NCBI GenBank assembly: GCA_963662655.2
Contig: CAXXTU010000002.1
Location: 416,001-480,000 of the forward strand
Direction: 5' to 3'
DNA from: Candidatus Cloacimonadales bacterium
Lineage (GTDB): Bacteria; Cloacimonadota; Cloacimonadia; Cloacimonadales; JAIOQZ01
Length of the DNA: 64,000 bases
Position numbers and translations under genes: made by a program
Notes under the pieces: generated by a model
What the model saw: only the letters and a program-made list of their open reading frames with translations
Database searches by the model: none
Told to the model about the DNA's origin: nothing
Part shown: positions 58,385 through 64,000 of the stretch, piece by piece
Layout of the letters: every line of letters begins with the position of its first letter
Numbering within the stretch: position 1 is the first letter of the stretch

Positions 58385-59578
58385 TCACGACATCGATTCG
58401 AGGAGCGCTTCGAGAGTCGGCTTGACGGGCGCAGGCATGGCAACATTCGAAGCGAAAGCGGCTGGATCCTTGAGTCCGCTACCGGTATTGACGACAATAG
58501 GCGAATCGCCTACCGCTCCGCTTTCCATCACCTTGCGGAAACCAGCAAAAGCCGTTGCCGCGGCGGGTTCGCTGAAGATGCCGTAATCACGGGCGAGCAC
58601 AAGCATTGCCGCGCGTATCTCATCCTCTTCCACGAGAACCGGATTGCCATTATACTTGCGAATCATATGGCGAACCATGTAGAAGTTTGCTGGATAATCG
58701 ACGCTTATCGAATCGGCGAACGTATGCGCGCTATTCATCACGAAATCTTGGGTGTCGAGATTTCGCAGGATGTTAGCGCTCTCGACGGATTGCACGGCGT
58801 GGATTCTCGGTATTGCATCGATGAAGCCGAGGTTTCTCAAATCCTCGAAGCCTCGATAGATTCCGCCGACGATTACGCCGTCGCCTACCGGGACAAACAC
58901 ATCCGAAGGCGCCTTTTGCCCAAGCTGGGCTACAATCTCGAAGGCGCAGGTCTTCTTACCTTCGATGGTCAGCGGATTCCAGGCGGTATTCCGATTGAAC
59001 CATCCGAATTCTTCGCAGGCCGCGTTGCAGAGTTCGAAGGCTTTGTCGTAGTTACCTTCAACAGGGATGAGCCTTGCTCCATAGGAGATGATCTGAAGCA
59101 GCTTGTTTTTGGGCGCGGAAGCAGGGGCGAACACGACAGCATTCTGCCGGTTGGAAGCGCATATCCCCGCGAGTGAGCTGCCTGCGTTGCCTGTGGACGC
59201 TGCTGCAATTGTGTCGATGCTGTTTTCCGCCGCGTAGGCACACACAATGTCGGAGGCGCGGTCCTTGTAAGAGAAGGTCGGATTACGGGAGTCGTCCTTC
59301 ACAAAAAACGGAAGCGAGCGTCCTTTTTCGCTTACGTAGCGGAACTCGTAGAGCGGCGTTTTACCGACGCTCAGCGGAGAAAGGAAGCGCTCGGATTCTA
59401 TCGGTAGCAGTTGGATGAAGCTGGCATTAACAAGCTCATCGAAGTCGCAAGACGTATCCGACTGTGCATAAACAACCTTCAGGATGCCTTTCGGAGGTGC
59501 GTCGCTCGACGCGCAAGCCTGGCAGCGATAATGGAATGTGTTGTACTCTTTGCCACAATTGACGCATTGTAAGATCAT
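58385..59578 (-). CDS. thrC: Threonine synthase-like PLP-dependent enzyme (fold type II) with N-terminal zinc ribbon
   Basis: CVNC/CQAC, NPTFSYKDR (PLP Lys), ASTGNAG, EGKKT, PVGDG, EPAAA and TGSGLK motifs. Confidence 0.8.
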   Translation of the reverse strand: MILQCVNCGKEYNTFHYRCQACASSDAPPKGILKVVYAQSDTSCDFDELVNASFIQLLPIESERFLSPLSVGKTPLYEFRYVSEKGRSLPFFVKDDSRNPTFSYKDRASDIVCAYAAENSIDTIAAASTGNAGSSLAGICASNRQNAVVFAPASAPKNKLLQIISYGARLIPVEGNYDKAFELCNAACEEFGWFNRNTAWNPLTIEGKKTCAFEIVAQLGQKAPSDVFVPVGDGVIVGGIYRGFEDLRNLGFIDAIPRIHAVQSVESANILRNLDTQDFVMNSAHTFADSISVDYPANFYMVRHMIRKYNGNPVLVEEDEIRAAMLVLARDYGIFSEPAAATAFAGFRKVMESGAVGDSPIVVNTGSGLKDPAAFASNVAMPAPVKPTLEALLESMS

Positions 59579-59731
59579 ATATTCTCCTTACGTTCATTGG
59601 GCTATTGCGCATGCTTCTGGCAAGGATTTTTTCCCTGCACGGAGAGATTTATCCTGAGATGGTTGCCCGTTGTGTCCCGTCCTAAAATAGTTGACCAGCT
59701 TTTTCGTGTTTGATTTCATTTCGATTGCTTC

Positions 59732-60613
59732 CTACGCTGCGTTCAATATCTCGTTCGGTGTGCGGTAGCCCTGCGTGATGATGAGCCGTTCTTCGTTGTA
59801 GATCCGAACTGCTTCCTCTACGTACTTCAGCGCGTCGTCGAAGTCCCTGAATCTCCGTTCCAGCCCCAACTCGTGCTTCAGAATCCCGTTGATGCGCTCC
59901 GCCTTGGCGTTGTCGTAGCACTTGCCCGGACCGGTCATGCTGGTGCGATAGCAGTAGCGTCGCAGCGCGTTCTGGAAGCAGGCGCTGGTGAATTGCGTAC
60001 CATGATCGGAGTGGTGGATGCAGCCTTTGATATCCACGGCTCCGGCATTGCGCAACGACCTCATCGCCCGTTTCAGAGAGAGCGCGGGACCATGCGTGCG
60101 CAGGTCGGGCTGCAGCGAATATCCCAGGATCGCGTCCGAGTACTGATCCGAGGTCAGCGAAAGGTAGGCGAATCCGCGTTGCAAGCGGATGTAGGTGATG
60201 TCGCTCGCGATGATCTGGCCGACGCGGCGAGCGATGATGTCCTTCACCAGGTTCGGGTGTCGACTGCGGCTGCCCAGGCTCGTGCGGAGGTATGAGCGGT
60301 ACGCCGTCGACAGCAGCCCGTAGTCGCGCAGGATGCCGAACAGCCGGTCGCGACCAACCTCGAGCCCGCGCGCCTTCAGCATGTATTGCAGCTTCCGCGC
60401 CCCGACGCGTGGCTGTTTCACGCGAATCTCGCGCACGGCGGATACGATCTCCTCCACCTCCGCCTGGAGCCGATGGAGCCGCTTCCTGTGCTGGTAGTAG
60501 CTCTGCTTGCTGCGACCGAACAAGCCGCAAATCACCTGCATGTTCGCGGCTACTTCTCTTTCTTTCGCGACAGCTCGACATTCGGTGACAACAGCGAACC
60601 AGTCTTTTTTTTT
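59732..60613 (-). CDS. IS3 transposase OrfB (DDE integrase core), reached by -1 frameshift from OrfA
   Basis: SDITY, HHSDHGTQF and AKAERINGILKHE motifs. A9G slippery site at 60604-60613. Confidence 0.88.
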   Translation of the reverse strand, partial: KKKDWFAVVTECRAVAKEREVAANMQVICGLFGRSKQSYYQHRKRLHRLQAEVEEIVSAVREIRVKQPRVGARKLQYMLKARGLEVGRDRLFGILRDYGLLSTAYRSYLRTSLGSRSRHPNLVKDIIARRVGQIIASDITYIRLQRGFAYLSLTSDQYSDAILGYSLQPDLRTHGPALSLKRAMRSLRNAGAVDIKGCIHHSDHGTQFTSACFQNALRRYCYRTSMTGPGKCYDNAKAERINGILKHELGLERRFRDFDDALKYVEEAVRIYNEERLIITQGYRTPNEILNAA

Positions 60614-60957
60614 GCGCTGTTGCCGTACTTGCGCTCGGTCACGTTCACGATCGCCTGCAACGCGCAGTTCTCCAGCACTTTCTCGCTCAACGCAGCCTGC
60701 AAATCCTGCACCTTCTTCTCCAGCTCCGCGATTGTCTTGTCCTTGTAATCTTCTTTCGCCATGCGACCTCGCTTTTGAGCTCCCTTGCGTCGCGCCGGCT
60801 TCACGGCGTCCTCTTTGATCCAGCGATACAGCGTGCGAACGGATATGTCGTACTGCTCCGCGAGCTCCGCCACGCAGTAGTCGCTCGTCAGCACGTGATG
60901 CAGAACACGCGCCTTCACCTCGCAACGCTTCGCCCGTCGTTTCACATTTTCTCCCAT
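60550..60957 (-). CDS. IS3 transposase OrfA (HTH plus leucine zipper)
   Basis: VAELAEQYDISVRTLYRWIK helix-turn-helix followed by a coiled coil. RBS AGGAGG. Confidence 0.88.
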   Translation of the reverse strand: MGENVKRRAKRCEVKARVLHHVLTSDYCVAELAEQYDISVRTLYRWIKEDAVKPARRKGAQKRGRMAKEDYKDKTIAELEKKVQDLQAALSEKVLENCALQAIVNVTERKYGNSAKKKTGSLLSPNVELSRKKEK

Positions 60958-61005
60958 ACCTGAGCCTCCTTCGACCCAACGGTCAACCTATTTCAGGACG
61001 GGACA

Positions 61006-61823
61006 GAGGAGTGCAGCACGTTGGCGAGTGCCTGCAGCGCGTCCTCATCCTGCGCGAAGGCGTCGATGATATTGCCGAGTGTAAGCTGTGTCTCGATGGT
61101 CTCGATGCGCTCCTCGAGCGGCGAAGTCGTGGTCGCGTAGGTGTGGTCGACCTTCTTGATCTTCGAACTGAGTCCGCTGTAAAGGGTCACGGAGAGGTTG
61201 ATCACGTCGCCGTTCTCGACACCGCTGAGTTCACTTCCATCGATAAACACGAACGTGCTCAGAACCGTCTCGTGATGCACCTCTGAGCCGTCTTTCTCGA
61301 TGAGGATTTCGGCCTGCGAGAAATGCACCGTGGGCGAGGTGTGGAACAGGATGCGGATGCCGCCGCTGCGGTTGACGACATCGACACTCAGCGTTACAGA
61401 ACCGAGGTCGGGCAGCAGCAGATCGAGCGTGTTCTCGACCGTGTCCAGAGCGGTCTGCAAGGCGTATTCCGAGTGCTCGTGGGTGGCGTCCGCCTTGCAG
61501 GTTTGCAGCGCAAGAATGTCGTCATTGATGTCGTCGATGTGGTGGCCGATATCGTTGTTGTCGGGCAGGATGATGTCCTCGGCCTGATGCGAGTGGTGCA
61601 GGCTCGCCTTGGCCGATAAAGCAGACTGTACGTCCGAGCCGTCCGAGGTGCGGATCTGCTCGGCGTTGTGCTTGTTGGTGCCTGTGCCGGTATGCCCGTC
61701 GATGCTGGTCTGGTGCGAGTAGAGCAGGGCGTCGATGGTGTCGAGGTTGCCGTTGAGCGCGGCGGCCCATCCGGATTCGCCTGCAACCGGCTTGTAGAGG
61801 CTGAAATTGGTGGTTTCGGGCAT
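61006..61823 (-). pseudogene. Phage tail-fibre/structural-like protein truncated at its C-terminus by IS3
   Basis: RBS AGGAGG. MPETTNFSLYKP...NLDTID N-terminus and KA..H.H repeats. The frame runs into the IS end and stops at 60993 inside the IR. Confidence 0.65.
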
Positions 61824-61831
61824 GCGTCCTC

Positions 61832-62281
61832 CTAAAATCCGTAGCAGTCGCCCCAGCCGTTTCCGTAGCCGAACACGCTGTCGAAGTCGATGGGCGACAA
61901 CTGCTTGTAGATGCTGGTGAGGGTGAATTTGATGCGGCTTCTGTGCGACCGGGCGTCGTCCTCGAGCTTGGGCAGTTTGTCGATCATGACCGGGAACTGC
62001 AGCGTACCGGAACCGGCGTCGAACTCGATGTAGAGCTGGTCTGCTCCGCTCAGGATGGCGTACAACTCGTCGTACTGGGTCGCAGGCAGATACGCCTCGC
62101 ATTCGATGCTGTCCTCGTTGTATGGCTCTCGCCTGATGAGGATCGTCGGATCGAAGGCGCACTGCTTTTCGACGCGATACTTACGCTGCGGCTGGTAGTC
62201 GATGACGCCGCTCTCGACGACGAAGCCAGAGTACACGCCACCCGCTATGGAGATGATGCGAAAGCCGTCGTAGAGCAGCAT
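61832..62281 (-). CDS. Hypothetical phage-like protein (149 aa)
   Basis: RBS GGGAGG, high-GC codon usage, and position in a tightly packed co-directional run. Confidence 0.7.
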   Translation of the reverse strand: MLLYDGFRIISIAGGVYSGFVVESGVIDYQPQRKYRVEKQCAFDPTILIRREPYNEDSIECEAYLPATQYDELYAILSGADQLYIEFDAGSGTLQFPVMIDKLPKLEDDARSHRSRIKFTLTSIYKQLSPIDFDSVFGYGNGWGDCYGF

Positions 62282-62300
62282 CAGACCTCCCTTCGGTCGC

Positions 62301-62392
62301 GAATGCTGAATGAGGAATGAGAAATTATGAATGAAGAGACCGGTCGGCGACATCTCCGGGCATTCATCATTCCTAATTTATAATTCATCATT
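62301..62392. repeat. Inverted pair of heptamer tandem-repeat arrays
   Basis: GAATGCT GAATGAG GAATGAG AAATTAT GAATGAA, a 26-nt spacer, then ATTCATC ATTCCTA ATTTATA ATTCATC. Confidence 0.75.
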
Positions 62393-63827
62393 GAACTTCC
62401 CACGCCTTGAGCACGTACTCGTCCGCCTTGGGGTCGCGCTGCATCTCGGTGATGCGATACTGGACGCCCTCGATGAGTAGCTTGTCGAACAGCGCAAGGT
62501 CGTATTTCGCGAGGTTGTCGATAGTTGTTTCGAGGCTCCACGTCTGGCAGAAGAGCGTTTCGTAGTAGTCCGCGATGAGCTGCTTCAGGTTGGTCGTGTC
62601 GCCGACAAGGCAGTCCAGAACGGACGTGTCTGGACGGGAGCGATTGAGCCGCTTCCGCTTGAATTCAACCACATCTGCCGAATCGATGGTGGTGACCGTG
62701 TTTGAGGCATCGTCCTTGTTGACCAGCCGTAGCGTGCCGCCGGGCAACGAAACGATGGTAAGGTTGTGCAGGAGCAGCGCGGCTTTCAGGGCCTTCAACT
62801 TCTCCAGCGGCTCGTTCTCGCCCTCATAGAAGCCCTTCGGATAGAGGTTCGCCGGAATCGCGTTGCCCGTGTAGGCGACGCACTTGTATTCCGGCGCCGT
62901 CGCGTCGTCGAGGTCGGCGTCTTCTATTCCTATACTATAGATACTGCTATTGTGGTGAAACGTCCGCGCGGAAGCCCACGGTTCGAACGGGACGTACTCC
63001 GCGCACAGATCGTCGCGCCACGCGAGCATCTCGGAGTACTGCGTCGTGCTGAAGATTTCCGACTTCTCGTCGATCTCGGCGTCGCCGTCCTCGATCCAGC
63101 AGATCGCGTTGTAGAAGCGAAACTTGCGAGCATAGACCTTGCATTGGATGTTGCCCTCGTTGACGTGCTCGCAGTAGAAAAGCAGGCGGAACTCGGGGAC
63201 ATAGTCGCCGCTGAACATGGGCGCGTAGCGGAAGCCACAATAGCAGGTCAGTGAGCCGTTCCACGAGCGGAACTTTCGCACCATGCGCAGCCAGTCGAGT
63301 CGCAGGATTTGCAGGTCTTCCACAGCGATCTGGAGCGGCGTGTAACCGTACCATGAGCAGGGGATGGTGATTTCATTGCTCAGCGCGGACTCGATGCCCT
63401 GCGCCAGATAGCGGAAGCAGTAGTCGGCGGAGTAGCCGCTGTGGAGGGCATAGAGCATGGTCTGGTCGTCGAACTTGGCGAACAGCCGCAGGTAGTCGTA
63501 GCAGGTGAACGAGACGACGTCGGTCTTGGCGTTGTGACTGACGAACGAGGTGTCGACGATTCCGTGAAAGACCAGCGAGGAGCCCTCGTAGAGCCGCACG
63601 AGGAAGTGCGAGATGTAGCGGTCGTACTCGTGTTCGCCGGACAGGATGTTCGCATCGATCCAGTCGTCGCGGAAGCACTCGAACTCGACCCGGCGCGGTT
63701 CTTTGGCGAAGTAGCTCGTACCGGCGATCTTGTCGGCGTTGAGCCGGATGTTGTCCAGTCCGTCAGCAAGGCTGAGCGTGTGCTGCACCGAGTAAGTGAA
63801 GCGGTCGACGAAATCCACGCGCCACAT
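62388..63827 (-). CDS. Hypothetical phage-like (tail/baseplate) protein
   Basis: About 479-aa ORF whose ATG overlaps the upstream TGA. Its C-terminus (LFDKLLIEGVQYRITEM) resembles tail-hub proteins. Confidence 0.6.
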   Translation of the reverse strand: MWRVDFVDRFTYSVQHTLSLADGLDNIRLNADKIAGTSYFAKEPRRVEFECFRDDWIDANILSGEHEYDRYISHFLVRLYEGSSLVFHGIVDTSFVSHNAKTDVVSFTCYDYLRLFAKFDDQTMLYALHSGYSADYCFRYLAQGIESALSNEITIPCSWYGYTPLQIAVEDLQILRLDWLRMVRKFRSWNGSLTCYCGFRYAPMFSGDYVPEFRLLFYCEHVNEGNIQCKVYARKFRFYNAICWIEDGDAEIDEKSEIFSTTQYSEMLAWRDDLCAEYVPFEPWASARTFHHNSSIYSIGIEDADLDDATAPEYKCVAYTGNAIPANLYPKGFYEGENEPLEKLKALKAALLLHNLTIVSLPGGTLRLVNKDDASNTVTTIDSADVVEFKRKRLNRSRPDTSVLDCLVGDTTNLKQLIADYYETLFCQTWSLETTIDNLAKYDLALFDKLLIEGVQYRITEMQRDPKADEYVLKAWEVQ

Positions 63828-64000
63828 CACAGGTCGCTCCTTATCAGCGTACCCTCTTCTGCCTTCTCGCTGACGATGACGGGGTCGGCCATCGAGAGCA
63901 CGCCGTTGGCGGAGATATGGTTGTGAACGCTCAGCTCCTTGTCGCGCAGCTCACGGCGCAATAGACGGTTCTCCGAAATCAGGTCGTCCACCCGTTCGAT
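63827..64000 (-). CDS. C-terminal end of an upstream gene (partial; possibly phage tape-measure protein)
   Basis: Open frame from the window edge, IERVDDLISENRLLRRELRDKELSVHNHISANG...RSDL*, with a TGA/ATG overlap to the next gene. Confidence 0.5.
   Translation of the reverse strand: MERVDDLISENRLLRRELRDKELSVHNHISANGVLSMADPVIVSEKAEEGTLIRSDL

Larger units (their letters stand above)
59673..61005 (-). mobile_element. IS3-family insertion sequence (1333 bp)
   Basis: TG...CA ends with TIRs TGTCCCGTCCTAAAATAGTTGACC and TGTCCCGTCCTGAAATAGGTTGACC (reverse complement). orfA/orfB arrangement. No target duplication. Confidence 0.93.

Noticed and set aside
59732..60979. 415-aa ORF as a single transposase
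   Set aside because: Its N-terminal part is the alternative frame of orfA. The real product is the OrfA-OrfB frameshift fusion.
60993..62162. 389-aa ORF with an Arg-rich N-terminus
   Set aside because: The first 113 codons overlap the 61832-62281 gene in another frame. The true start is the ATG at 61823 with an AGGAGG RBS.
1..64000. CRISPR array, cas genes, rRNA, integron attC array, retron/DGR reverse transcriptase
   Set aside because: No regularly spaced direct repeats, RT (YxDD) ORF, integrase or rRNA-like sequence was seen.

Overview
Bacterial chromosomal window, probably from a diderm anaerobe of the FCB group. Cloacimonadota is my best guess; this is inference from the T9SS-type C-terminal domains, FG-GAP proteins, Wzi/PorT-like barrels and type-2 IleRS. 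Housekeeping genes: hup, dnaN, recF (without dnaA or gyrB), ileS, an iscS/iscU-like pair and tRNA-Gly(CCC). Envelope and secreted proteins are numerous. Signalling genes include two HATPase-less HisKA proteins, a hybrid kinase, an HD-GYP protein and an HDOD protein. A purine/pyrimidine-catabolism-like operon contains a ThrC-like enzyme, three xanthine-dehydrogenase-family subunits and a PreA-like protein. At the right end an IS3-family element abuts a truncated prophage-like tail module. The most unusual observations are: (1) two related intergenic elements (about 14200-14368 and 29548-29669) that fold into near-perfect four-way junctions, each with a GCGAAGC mini-hairpin and compensatory changes; (2) a 181-bp MITE with GGCTCTG ends and an 8-bp target duplication that carries a REP-like hairpin; (3) a TerB-FHA-ABCG exporter plus lipoprotein module; (4) paired kinase-less HisKA sensors; (5) IscS-like and PreA-like enzymes with rewired active sites. 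All calls come from reading the sequence by eye; no database searches were run.
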